A DNA stretch of 32,000 bases from Candidatus Omnitrophota bacterium (GCA_963662715.1 OY759724.1:600001-632000); one strand, 5' to 3'; counted from the first letter of the stretch, positions 7,665 to 15,789 are shown. Program-made: numbers and translations. Notes: generated by a model not told the origin, from the letters alone.

Positions 7665-8435
7665 CTATTTCTTTGTCAAAGAATCATTAACGGTCATGTT
7701 ATTAATCACGCTTGTCACACCATTGACATCGTTGGCAACTTTAGCGGCCATGTCTTTTGCGGCTGCGCTACTGGCTTTGCCACTTAAAGTAACCACGCCA
7801 TTATTTGTCGCAACCCCTGTCTTAAAAAAACTGGTCGAGTGATGAGTCAATAGTGCCATCTTGACCTGGGCAGTGATAGACGCGTCATCGATTTTTTCAC
7901 CCATAGTCTGTTTCGGTTCATTTGAAACTTTGGCTATGGTCATTTCGTTCTTTACATCTTTAACACCTTTGATGTCTTTAGCGTATTCACCGGCCAAATC
8001 CTTTTGAGCCTGGTTCCCTGCTTCGCCGCGTAATGTTACGATTCCATCGGTAACAAATACCTGGGTGTTAATACCACTCACATGCCTGTTGTAAAGAAGA
8101 GAATATTTCACCTGCATGCTGATCCATCCGTCAGACTCTTCAGCCGGGCCTTTTAATTCCAGCTGATTGTCTACTTTTTTGACCCCAGGCAGGTTTGCAA
8201 CAGTCTCTTGAGCCAATGATTTGTGAGATTCTTCACTGACAGTTCCCGTCAATGTGACAACGCCATCCATGGACTTGGTTTTAATTGCATCGTCCTTAAG
8301 ATACGTTCTATAGACGTAGGAGTTCTTCGCGGATGATTCGATGTTTTGATCCATCTCAGAGGCGAGTGCAGATGCGCTAGTCAATAAGACTGCGGCCGTA
8401 ACAGTAATTAGTATTTTCGAGTAATTATTGTTCAT
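7665..8435 (-). CDS. periplasmic three-BON-domain protein (OsmY-like)
   Basis: Signal peptide ..ASALASE. Three BON repeats (GVVTLTGTV.., GIVTLRGEA.., GVVTLSGKA..), each followed by a ..GVK.V.N.. segment. Confidence 0.9.
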   Translation of the reverse strand: MNNNYSKILITVTAAVLLTSASALASEMDQNIESSAKNSYVYRTYLKDDAIKTKSMDGVVTLTGTVSEESHKSLAQETVANLPGVKKVDNQLELKGPAEESDGWISMQVKYSLLYNRHVSGINTQVFVTDGIVTLRGEAGNQAQKDLAGEYAKDIKGVKDVKNEMTIAKVSNEPKQTMGEKIDDASITAQVKMALLTHHSTSFFKTGVATNNGVVTLSGKASSAAAKDMAAKVANDVNGVTSVINNMTVNDSLTKK

Positions 8436-8583
8436 ATAACACCTTCCTTTATATTGTCGCTTGATTTTTGCGTTAACGACTGTTTAACAACTATTCATGT
8501 TTCGTCTTCTGTTAAAGACTTATGCTGCCAACTGCAACATAACATCCTCCTTTCTTTCAGTTAGCCTGATTCTTTTAAATTAT

Positions 8584-8955
8584 TTAACCACCAAAAATTA
8601 TCCGAAAAAGTCCACCGATAATAATAAATGGTAAAGAAATAACATAACCGATCGCATGAAACGTAGAACTTAAAACTCCCGGATGTTCGGCCTTTGTCTC
8701 AGTTGTTGTGGTGGTTGTTTCACTTTTTTCCATTACTTCTTTATTTTGTTGATCATCGGATGTTGTAACCGTAGTTGTAGTCTGTTGCCCTCCAGGATAT
8801 ATAACGCCTTTATTGGGATACGTTACGGTCGTTTCTGTAGTCGTTGTTTTATGAGTACTCGCACAACCAAACCCTATAGAAATAAGCAATGCGGTGAAAC
8901 ATAAATAAACGCCGTTTTTATACCAATATTTTATTTTTTGCGACTCGATTCGCAT
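8584..8955 (-). CDS. Thr-rich lipoprotein with C-terminal hydrophobic helix
   Basis: Track ORF trimmed to ATG 8955, 6 nt after AAGGAG. The SD overlaps the stop of the entericidin-like gene. Lipobox IGFGC. Several runs of four to six consecutive Thr. C-terminal segment AIGYVISLPFIIIGGLF. Confidence 0.6.
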   Translation of the reverse strand: MRIESQKIKYWYKNGVYLCFTALLISIGFGCASTHKTTTTETTVTYPNKGVIYPGGQQTTTTVTTSDDQQNKEVMEKSETTTTTTETKAEHPGVLSSTFHAIGYVISLPFIIIGGLFRIIFGG

Positions 8956-8965
8956 CTTCATCTCC

Positions 8966-9124
8966 TTAATCATTATGATCCACAGTCCTTTGAATACTTT
9001 CTCCTGCATTCGATATATCTTTCCCCGCGCCTCTCATCATATTGCAGCCAAGAACCGAGATTGTTAAAAATAACACTGCAAGAACGGTTATCAAATATTC
9101 AATGCGTAAGAATTTATTTTTCAT
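8966..9124 (-). CDS. entericidin EcnA/B-family small lipoprotein
   Basis: Below the track cut-off. MKNKFLRIEYLITVLAVLFLTISVLGCNMMRGAGKDISNAGESIQRTVDHND. Lipobox LGC followed by the N.MRGAGKDI..AG..I pattern typical of entericidins. Confidence 0.75.
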   Translation of the reverse strand: MKNKFLRIEYLITVLAVLFLTISVLGCNMMRGAGKDISNAGESIQRTVDHND

Positions 9125-9136
9125 AACATCCCCTTT

Positions 9137-9502
9137 CTAAAACGCCAGGTTAACCAAATCGACCAAAGCTTGGTCATTAAACGGTTTTTGCAAGAAGCCA
9201 ATGGCCCCTGCCTCTAATGCTTGAGCCCTTAGGTGGCCATTTTTGTCAGCCGTAATGATGACGACCGGGCGCGAGGATCCGGATTTAATTATCCGTTTTA
9301 TCGCTTCCCACCCATCTAATCCCGGCATATGAATGTCCATGACCAAACAACCTTTCATGCTGTTCGGTACGGAGCTAAAGAATTTCTCTGCTGAAGGAAA
9401 TGTCTCTACCTTAAACCCAAAAGTAACTAAGAGAATTTTGAGCGCGCGGCATACCGATTCATCGTCATCCACAATGTAAATTTGTTTTTTATCAATTGTC
9501 AC
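9137..9502 (-). CDS. stand-alone response-regulator receiver (CheY-like)
   Basis: 121 aa. DDD pocket, MDIHMPGLDG acceptor, ITADK, QKPF. GTG start lies 7 nt after GGAGGG. Paralog of 1..336. Confidence 0.9.
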   Translation of the reverse strand: MTIDKKQIYIVDDDESVCRALKILLVTFGFKVETFPSAEKFFSSVPNSMKGCLVMDIHMPGLDGWEAIKRIIKSGSSRPVVIITADKNGHLRAQALEAGAIGFLQKPFNDQALVDLVNLAF

Positions 9503-9525
9503 TTATCTTCCCTCCTTTTAAGTTC

Positions 9526-9553
9526 AGTGTAGACCTAATCAAAAAAGAATCAA
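9526..9553 (-). promoter_or_regulatory. putative sigma70-type promoter (TTGATT-N16-TACACT) inside a conserved element
   Basis: Minus strand reads GTTGTACCCAGGTACAATTGATTCTTTTTTGATTAGGTCTACACTG. It shares 38 of 46 nt with the element at 1011-1057. Confidence 0.35.
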
Positions 9554-9755
9554 TTGTACCTGGGTACAACACCAGCTTTTGCATAAAATAATTTTTATGA
9601 GCTTTATATATTATTTTGAACAAAATCCTGTGGGTAAATTGGACCATCGGAAGGGGAAAAATGGAATTCTTTCGGCCGCCTCGGTATAAAAAACAGCGCA
9701 TTTAATAAATCCTAAGAAGAAGATCTATTTTACTTAAAAGGGGTGAGAAATTATG

Positions 9756-10379
9756 TTACTTGGAAGAGATGAGCCCGGCTTTTTGGGCGAAGTGGATGAG
9801 TTCGGTAACGGTTTTGGCTTGCATTTTCTGCATGACCCGAGAGCGGTGAACCTTAATCGTCTGTAGGGCCTTTCCCCGTTTGTAGGCAATCTGTTTACTC
9901 AACATGCCGCTGGCGACCAAACGGAAAACTTCAAGTTCTCTGGGAGAGAGCGTCTTGATGCGCCGCCAAATTTTTTCTTTTTCGGCTAAATCTTTGTTGA
10001 TGATCTTGTCTTTGGCAATGGCACGGTCGATAGCTTCCAGCAGTTCTTTATCAGTGAAAGGCTTCGGCAGAAAATCCACAGCTCCCCCCTTCATCGCCTT
10101 CACACTCTTGGGAATATTGCCGTGTCCTGAAATAAAAATAATCGGGATGGTCAATCCTTGTGATGCCATTGTTTCTTGCAGGACAAGCCCATTCATATGA
10201 GGCAAGCGCAAATCCAGTATGAGGCAGCAGGTAGACTTGGGGTGCTTAAAAGCTAAAAAATCTGCCGCGCATGTAAATGTCTCAACGGTAAAATCGTGTG
10301 CCTTTAACAGCAAAGATAACGCCCTGCCGACAGAAACGTCATCATCGATAACATAAATAATGGGCTTACGACTGGTCAT
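9756..10379 (-). CDS. FixJ/NarL (LuxR-type HTH) family response regulator
   Basis: REC domain (DDD, LDLRLP, SGHG, PKPF) plus a C-terminal LuxR HTH (LSPRELEVFRLVASGMLSKQIAYKRGKALQTIKVHRSRVMQKM). 14-nt overlap with the upstream kinase gene. Confidence 0.9.
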   Translation of the reverse strand: MTSRKPIIYVIDDDVSVGRALSLLLKAHDFTVETFTCAADFLAFKHPKSTCCLILDLRLPHMNGLVLQETMASQGLTIPIIFISGHGNIPKSVKAMKGGAVDFLPKPFTDKELLEAIDRAIAKDKIINKDLAEKEKIWRRIKTLSPRELEVFRLVASGMLSKQIAYKRGKALQTIKVHRSRVMQKMQAKTVTELIHFAQKAGLISSK

Positions 10380-11811
10380 TAGGAATCCTTTTGCCTTTGC
10401 TTTTACTCAAAACTACAGGAAGTGTGAAATAAAAAGTTGCCCCGCCATCAGGATTATTCTTGGCTTCCAGTTGGCCGCCATGCGCTTCAATAATAGAACG
10501 GCTAATGGACAACCCCATGCCCAAGCCATCGGGTTTGCTGGTAAAAAAATGCTTAAAGAGCTTTTTCATGTTTTGTAACGGAATACCACATCCTGAATCC
10601 TTCACTTCAACCATGATCTCGATAGTAGCTTTGCAAGAGGTACGAATAACCAGCTCGCGAGATTCATCTTTAGTTTCCATTGCATCCAAACTGTTGCTGA
10701 TAAGATTCAGAAGAACCTGCTGCAATTGTATTCGATCACCGCGAATAAGCGGGAGTTTTGGATGCAATTTAGTTTTAATAACTTTATTCCTTACGGTAAC
10801 GTCAGTCGTCATGAGAACAACCGTTTCGTTAATGAGTGCGTTCATATCAATAGGTGTAAATTCTGGGTCGCTTTTCTTAAGCAAAGACCGTAACCGCCGG
10901 ATGACCTCTGATGCTCTTTGGTCATCATTAACAATGTACTGCAAAATTTCTTGAAGTTGAAGTTCTCGTTCTGCCTGTCCAGTAGGCGGGCCTGTAAGGA
11001 TACGTTGGGCAGCTTGAGCGTAAGCGAGAATGGCGGTTAAGGGCTGACTTATTTCATGAGCGAGGGACGAGACAAATTCCGCAAGTTTTCCTACCCGCGT
11101 TACATGTAAAAGTTCCTCGCGTTGTTCCTTAATCTTTAAATCCTTCTGTCTCATAACTGTGACATCCGTCTGAATCCCGGCATAATGGGTAACGATACCC
11201 TTGGCATCACGCACCGGAGCAATGCGTAAGTAATTCCAGAAATTCTCACCATTTTTACGAAAATTGATCATCTCTCCATGAAAAGACTTGTCTTGAAGTA
11301 AAGTGTTTTTTATTTCTTCAGCGATACGCGGGTCGGCAACAGCTCCATAAAGTAAAAAATAATTTTTTCCGAGGATATCTTTCTTGGGGTAACCGGTCAT
11401 CGCCTGGAAAGATTGATTGTAATAAATGACTGGGAAATCACCCTTTTGAGCATCGATAATAAAAATACCATCCGACGCCGAATCCATCACCTTGGTACGA
11501 ATAAGGATCTGTTCTTCTGCCAGTCGTTCTTTATCTTCCCATTTCTTTATTTGTCCATTCTTAGTCTTTAACTCATCCTCTTGGTGGCTGACTATCTCTC
11601 GAAGATGATTACGGCTTCCATTTTGATCAGCGGAACGTCGTTTAAAATGTCTTCGCTCTTTGATGCCATATTCCTTATCGGATATCAGCTTTTGTGTTTT
11701 CTCCCGGGCAACGGCGCTTGAACTTTTTTTACCCTTTTTGAGAGGCCGCGGTTTTCGTTTGGTTCTAATATCTTTTTTCATCGTCCTTTTCATTTTACTT
11801 TTATTCTTCAT
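10366..11811 (-). CDS. soluble sensor histidine kinase: polybasic N-terminus, LOV-like PAS, HisKA, HATPase
   Basis: H-box SLAHEISQPLTAILAYAQ (FixL-type) and G-boxes DSGCGIP / GLGMGLSISRSI. The PAS region aligns by eye along its length to YtvA-type LOV domains. No TM segments. Confidence 0.9.
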   Translation of the reverse strand: MKNKSKMKRTMKKDIRTKRKPRPLKKGKKSSSAVAREKTQKLISDKEYGIKERRHFKRRSADQNGSRNHLREIVSHQEDELKTKNGQIKKWEDKERLAEEQILIRTKVMDSASDGIFIIDAQKGDFPVIYYNQSFQAMTGYPKKDILGKNYFLLYGAVADPRIAEEIKNTLLQDKSFHGEMINFRKNGENFWNYLRIAPVRDAKGIVTHYAGIQTDVTVMRQKDLKIKEQREELLHVTRVGKLAEFVSSLAHEISQPLTAILAYAQAAQRILTGPPTGQAERELQLQEILQYIVNDDQRASEVIRRLRSLLKKSDPEFTPIDMNALINETVVLMTTDVTVRNKVIKTKLHPKLPLIRGDRIQLQQVLLNLISNSLDAMETKDESRELVIRTSCKATIEIMVEVKDSGCGIPLQNMKKLFKHFFTSKPDGLGMGLSISRSIIEAHGGQLEAKNNPDGGATFYFTLPVVLSKSKGKRIPNDQS

Positions 11812-12003
11812 AATTTGGGTCTTAAACCATTTAAGTTTTTGTATATTATACCCCTTTTGCCATATTATTTTAAGTGTTTTATTCCATAGGGGTTACGATA
11901 TCACTCAAGCTGAACCAACGCCTCGGCTATCTTCTCCATAGTCATCCTATAAGGTAACCATCGGCCGGCCGAAAGAACGAAACTAAAAGAGATGACAAAA
12001 TAA

Positions 12004-12504
12004 TTAAATATATCTTCCTTCAAACTCTTCCATATATTCCCTAAATCTAGTTAACTGCAACCGTTCTTCTCCTTGTCTCACAATATCAAGAAGTATTCGA
12101 AGGTGAAAATATCTTAAAGTTTCGGGATCCTCCTTGTTTTTCTTCAGAAAGTCTTTAATTGAGTCGCAGAGATTAAGAGTCTTTAGAATTCGTGCGATAT
12201 ATGACCAATCTTCCCCCGTTATTTTTGAAAGGCCCCTCACACTGTTTACAGCATGGGTTTCTTTCAATCTAACGTAATATTCTGCCTTATCTAACGGGAA
12301 TCGTTCTAATCGTTTTAAAAAAGCCTGATGTCTTTTTAGGCTCTTACTCTCAATAGTCTCAATATCAGCTAAATCTTCTGGACGTAAACCTACACAGAAT
12401 CTCTGCCGGGCATTTCTGATGATAGTGTAGAACGGAAGCTCAAAAGCATACGTCCTTGGCATAACCTCAGCATATTTCTGGATATATGCCGTAAATCTCG
12501 CCAT
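12004..12504 (-). CDS. hypothetical protein with ParB-like HTH-looking segment
   Basis: Track ORF 12004..12630 trimmed to ATG 12504 because its first 42 codons read through tRNA-His. The segment SVRGLSKITGEDWSYIARILKTLNLCDSIKDFL resembles ParB/KorB HTH. AT-rich. SD is weak. Confidence 0.5.
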   Translation of the reverse strand: MARFTAYIQKYAEVMPRTYAFELPFYTIIRNARQRFCVGLRPEDLADIETIESKSLKRHQAFLKRLERFPLDKAEYYVRLKETHAVNSVRGLSKITGEDWSYIARILKTLNLCDSIKDFLKKNKEDPETLRYFHLRILLDIVRQGEERLQLTRFREYMEEFEGRYI

Positions 12505-12587
12505 TTCAGAGGGATTAACCTCTTTACATGAAAAACCCTCATGCTCTTGTGGCTCGCAAGAGCCTCGGTTCGCATGAGGGTAATATA

Positions 12588-12665
12588 TGGGGTGGCTGAG
12601 GGGATTCGAACCCCCGACCTTCTGAACCACAATCAGATGCTCTAACCAACTGAGCTACAGCCACC
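12588..12665 (-). tRNA. tRNA-His (anticodon GTG)
   Basis: GGTGGCTGTAGCTCAGTTGGTTAGAGCATCTGATTGTGGTTCAGAAGGTCGGGGGTTCGAATCCCCTCAGCCACCCCA. The cloverleaf folds by hand. Anticodon loop is TTGTGGT. It has the extra 5' G(-1) opposite C73 typical of bacterial tRNA-His. CCA is encoded. Confidence 0.95.
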
Positions 12666-12792
12666 ACAAAATTTCGAATAAATTATTCTCTTGAAAAGCA
12701 AAAAAACCTCTCCCGGGAAGATTTTTATTTTAGCAGAATTCCGTTATTCAGCAAGTATTAATTCTTGCCGCCAACGGCCCTGCACAGGCCGT

Positions 12793-13764
12793 TTATTCCC
12801 CTGCTTTCAAAACATTTTTGTCTTCAAGCGTGCCGCTGAAATTTATTTTATCAAAACGGATATCATTCATAAGCGTCTTAATCTCAAAGTCAATAAGGAA
12901 CTCCAGCCCCGAAGACTGTATGGCTCCCATGACCAGATCCCCCAGGCGGAAATCATCAACGGGCTTGTGCTGAATTCTCCCGTTCAACAGCCCCAAGTTC
13001 AACTTGCCTTTGATGCTCATATGATTATCAACAGACGCAATTTGCGCAGAGATCCCTTCCGCCTCCGCCTCCTCAAAAACCTTGGCCGAGGCATTCATGC
13101 TTAAAGACACAAAATCAACCCAGCCCCGCAAGGCCACGGGATGATCCGAGAACGGGATACGGGAACCGAAGATCTGCCCCTGCAGAAAGAACAGGATCTT
13201 CTCGGGCTCCGGCGGGTAGGGGACATTTTCCGCCTGCAGCTCCAAATCTTTAATTTCAAATTGAAAAGGGCGCTCGGCATCCAGCCGCTGATAAAAAAAA
13301 TGTCCGTTTTGAATATGAAGATTTCTTATTAAAATGCGTAATGGCGCCACAGCAGGCAACGAAATGGCGGATGCAGATTCCGCTGCGCCGCTCTGCCCCC
13401 CGGAATCTGCTGCCTGACTGTTTCCCTTTACCATCCTTTTGGAATCAGACACGATATAGTAAATGACAGTATCTTGAATCCGGACATCGGAAAGCAAAAT
13501 ACGCGGAGATAAGGAGAATAAAAATCTCAGGTTAAAAGTAACGTGTTTTGCGGAGAAAACTCCGGGGATATGGAGTTGATTAACCTGTAACTGCAGGGGC
13601 CACTTTAAGGCAACGCTTTCCACAGCAACAGGTCGATGAAAAGTCTGCGTTAAGCGCTGTTCGGCAACCTCTTTTCCTTTGTAATTGACAAAGAAAAATA
13701 AACCCGCCCCTATTAGCAGAAAAAGGACAAGAAAAATAGCCAATAATTTTTCATAAAATTTCAT
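12793..13764 (-). CDS. membrane-anchored AsmA/DUF748-like protein
   Basis: 323 aa. N-terminal TM anchor LLAIFLVLFLLIGAGLFFFV, then a beta-rich region resembling the N-terminus of 4920..5849. No clear SD. Confidence 0.6.
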   Translation of the reverse strand: MKFYEKLLAIFLVLFLLIGAGLFFFVNYKGKEVAEQRLTQTFHRPVAVESVALKWPLQLQVNQLHIPGVFSAKHVTFNLRFLFSLSPRILLSDVRIQDTVIYYIVSDSKRMVKGNSQAADSGGQSGAAESASAISLPAVAPLRILIRNLHIQNGHFFYQRLDAERPFQFEIKDLELQAENVPYPPEPEKILFFLQGQIFGSRIPFSDHPVALRGWVDFVSLSMNASAKVFEEAEAEGISAQIASVDNHMSIKGKLNLGLLNGRIQHKPVDDFRLGDLVMGAIQSSGLEFLIDFEIKTLMNDIRFDKINFSGTLEDKNVLKAGE

Positions 13765-13799
13765 GGCTAAATAACAGTCTATTGATGCTGATAAATAAA

Positions 13800-13873
13800 C
13801 GACCCCGCCTGGATTCGAACCAGGGACCCTCTGCTTAGAAGGCAGATGCTCTATCCAACTGAGCTACGGGGCC
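13800..13873 (-). tRNA. tRNA-Arg (anticodon TCT)
   Basis: GGCCCCGTAGCTCAGTTGGATAGAGCATCTGCCTTCTAAGCAGAGGGTCCCTGGTTCGAATCCAGGCGGGGTCG. The cloverleaf folds by hand (one G-U pair in the acceptor stem). Anticodon loop is CTTCTAA. No encoded CCA. Confidence 0.95.
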
Positions 13874-14033
13874 AGGAAGCAATATCTACCTTCGATTAAG
13901 AATATCTTATACAGCTATCAAAAGGAAGATAGCTTGATAAACAACGTATAACGTCAATTGATTGATTTATTATACCAGCGATTTAAAAATTAGCAAGATG
14001 GTTCAAAAAGGATATGAAGCGACAACGGCCGTG

Positions 14034-14060
14034 AGGCAAAAGACGTTTATCTGAACGTCT
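14034..14060 (-). terminator. weak terminator-like hairpin
   Basis: Minus strand reads AGACGTT-CAGATA-AACGTCT followed by TTTG. It overlaps the stop codon of 14059..14514. Confidence 0.3.
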
Positions 14061-14514
14061 ACCGGGAAAGGCCTGGGAAAGTTAAATCAAACAATCTCCA
14101 AAGGATAGACCGCAAAATCCACAGTTCAACTCCGGAGACCTTCTCAATCGACAGGGCCGGGCTGGTTAATTCAATAATAACGTCAGAACGCTTCAAACCT
14201 TTCGCCCGGAATGTGATGTTGGCGCTAACGGATATTTCCCCTCCGCTGCCGGATTCGGCAAAATCATTCTGGCCGGCAGCGGTGACCTGCCGCCTGTTGT
14301 CCGGAAGGGAATCCTTCTCCTGCTCCTCTTCTCCTGATTTCAGAAGGATATCCATAGGGGCCATACGCCCCAGATTATTAACATATGACTCCAGTTGGGG
14401 CAACTGCTGGCTGAGTTTTGCATTGATGACGTCAAAAGCCCATCTCTTGGGGACATTTGTGTTGATGACAAGCCGGAATTTTCGCATCTTCTTATTCATG
14501 GCCTTATTTCGCAT
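14059..14514 (-). CDS. hypothetical protein
   Basis: 151-aa track ORF with no recognisable motif and no good SD at any of the three N-terminal ATGs. It is kept because it is co-directional, fills the gap and ends at a hairpin. Confidence 0.35.
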   Translation of the reverse strand: MRNKAMNKKMRKFRLVINTNVPKRWAFDVINAKLSQQLPQLESYVNNLGRMAPMDILLKSGEEEQEKDSLPDNRRQVTAAGQNDFAESGSGGEISVSANITFRAKGLKRSDVIIELTSPALSIEKVSGVELWILRSILWRLFDLTFPGLSR

Positions 14515-14685
14515 AATAAATTAATGGTCAAAATTATGATTTTTTTTATTCACCTGTCTTTTAGTCAGGATTACATCAAATGGCTTACAGGGAAAATGAA
14601 AAGTCCCCGGCATCCCCTTTTCCCCAAATCCTCTCCCCCATAAAACACTCTGACAAGGCCGTGATGTCTTATTTTTCCAAAAAGG

Positions 14686-14735
14686 CGGAAAAAGGGACCC
14701 CCTCTCATCAATTTTGCTTGATAAGAGGGGGTCCC
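14686..14735 (-). terminator. Rho-independent terminator
   Basis: Minus strand has a 12-bp perfect stem GGGACCCCCTCT ... AGAGGGGGTCCC followed by TTTTTCC, 25 nt after the stop of 14760..15242. Confidence 0.8.
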
Positions 14736-14759
14736 TGAAAACGGCTCTTCTTAAGGATA

Positions 14760-15242
14760 TTACAGCATGCCTTCAACGACTTCCAAAAACTTCTTTACCA
14801 CGGCTTTTTTCATAGCCCGCCGGGCATGTATTTTTTCCTTCAGCAAAGCAAACTGGTCCTGCGTAAGAGTTTCTTTAATGGCAACGACATTATCCACTTT
14901 AGCCGTGAGCAGCATGCCTCTTAAAACATTAATTTCCTGAATAATGGCTTTGACGTCCTGAGGATCAGACGCAGGCTTCTCGATCTCTTCTCTTAACAAA
15001 AGAAGTTTTGTCTTCAACTGCTCCAGAACAAGCTTGTTCTGTTCCCAGGCCTGCCGGCTTTGGGTTTTAATTTGTTCCTTCTGTTCATCACTGAGGTTTA
15101 GTTCCCTGTCCAGATGTTCGATGATTTTATCCTGAATCTTTTCGACAAAAAGATTCTGATCATCAAAGGACCTGGCCTGCGATGTGATGAAGAACAGCAA
15201 TAACAAACTTACCCCCGCACATAAAATCCATTTCTTTTTCAT
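14760..15242 (-). CDS. periplasmic Spy/CpxP-like LTXXQ protein
   Basis: Signal peptide MKKKWILCAGVSLLLLFFITSQA. LSDEQ and LTQDQ motifs. SD AAGGAGG. Last gene of the ECF module. Confidence 0.8.
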   Translation of the reverse strand: MKKKWILCAGVSLLLLFFITSQARSFDDQNLFVEKIQDKIIEHLDRELNLSDEQKEQIKTQSRQAWEQNKLVLEQLKTKLLLLREEIEKPASDPQDVKAIIQEINVLRGMLLTAKVDNVVAIKETLTQDQFALLKEKIHARRAMKKAVVKKFLEVVEGML

Positions 15243-15263
15243 GTTTTTTCCTCCTTTGCTTAT

Positions 15264-15290
15264 TTAGACGCCACAACAAAAAAAAGTTCC
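15264..15290 (-). promoter_or_regulatory. ECF-type promoter GGAACTT-N15-TCTAA
   Basis: Minus strand reads GGGAACTTTTTTTTGTTGTGGCGTCTAAATAAGCAAAGGAGGAAAAAACATG. It shares GGAACTT and GTCTAAATAA with the element upstream of the sigma gene. Confidence 0.55.
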
Positions 15291-15291
15291 C

Positions 15292-15789
15292 TTAAATCCA
15301 AAGACTTCCCCACCAGGCTCCCGGAGACAATTCCCCCAAGTAGTAAAAAAGAGGGTCATCCCAGGAAATGAGCGCCAAGAAGTCCACCTGTTCCGTTAAG
15401 TATTTATTAACAGTACGCACCTGCTGCTGATACCGAACAACTCCGGCCATGATCATAAGGCATAAAACGAAAACCCAAAGTGGGTTCCACTGAGGCGTCC
15501 ACGGCCGAAGGGACGGCTTCCAGCATACCCAGAAAAATCTTTGCGGGGATTTTGCGGGCCGGGCCTCGATATCCTTCTCGATACTCGACCATAAAGATGC
15601 CGGCGGAGAGCTCCGACGCTCTTCCTTCAATAAAGGGCCGACCTTTTCTTTGACTTCCTGCGCCAGTTCCCGGCATTGCTCGCATTGAGCAAGATGTTTT
15701 TCCACCGCCAGCGTCCGTTTGCTGTCGAGTTGCTCGTCCAGATAATCACTGAGAATGAAGTCCTGAACTTTTTCACATTTCATCATCAA
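15292..15789 (-). CDS. ZAS-type (zf-HC2) membrane anti-sigma factor
   Basis: HLAQCEQC (HxxxCxxC) near the N-terminus and one TM helix (WVFVLCLMIMAGVV). It overlaps the sigma gene stop. The exact ATG among MMM is uncertain. Confidence 0.8.
   Translation of the reverse strand: MMMKCEKVQDFILSDYLDEQLDSKRTLAVEKHLAQCEQCRELAQEVKEKVGPLLKEERRSSPPASLWSSIEKDIEARPAKSPQRFFWVCWKPSLRPWTPQWNPLWVFVLCLMIMAGVVRYQQQVRTVNKYLTEQVDFLALISWDDPLFYYLGELSPGAWWGSLWI

Noticed and set aside
8520-8540. 6-codon mini-ORF (MLQLAA) with a perfect AAGGAGG SD between the Thr-rich lipoprotein and the BON gene.
   Set aside because: It is too short to support. It could be a leader peptide, but there is no associated attenuator structure and no conservation test is possible here.
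9551-9570. Possible sigma54 promoter in GGTACAATTGATTC / GGTACAATTGATAC.
   Set aside because: The -24 GG is present, but the -12 position reads AT(T/A)C instead of TTGC in both copies. A sigma70-like reading fits better.
9492-9701. 69-aa minus-strand ORF upstream of receiver 9137..9502.
   Set aside because: It runs through the conserved promoter/operator element and overlaps the receiver start. It has no SD and odd composition.
9753-9866. 37-codon plus-strand ORF with an SD-like AAGGGGTGA, antisense to the 3' end of the FixJ-like gene.
   Set aside because: It has no motif, lies antisense to a well-supported gene, and every other gene is on the minus strand. It is probably chance.
10460-10954. 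Long plus-strand track ORFs (for example 10460..10954, 16941..17369, 25370..25927, 27776..28258, 29146..29496, 30414..30752).
   Set aside because: Each lies antisense inside a minus-strand gene with clear family motifs. None has an SD or a recognisable motif. They are typical shadow ORFs of the opposite strand.
12505-12630. N-terminal 42 codons of track ORF 12004..12630.
   Set aside because: They are read through the tRNA-His gene (12588..12665), so the CDS was trimmed to ATG 12504.
14059-14514. PilZ-like c-di-GMP binding motifs (RxxxR ... D/NxSxxG) in the hypothetical protein, given the nearby riboswitch.
   Set aside because: NRRQVT lacks the second Arg and ESGSGG does not fit D/NxSxxG. 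There is no support for a PilZ domain.
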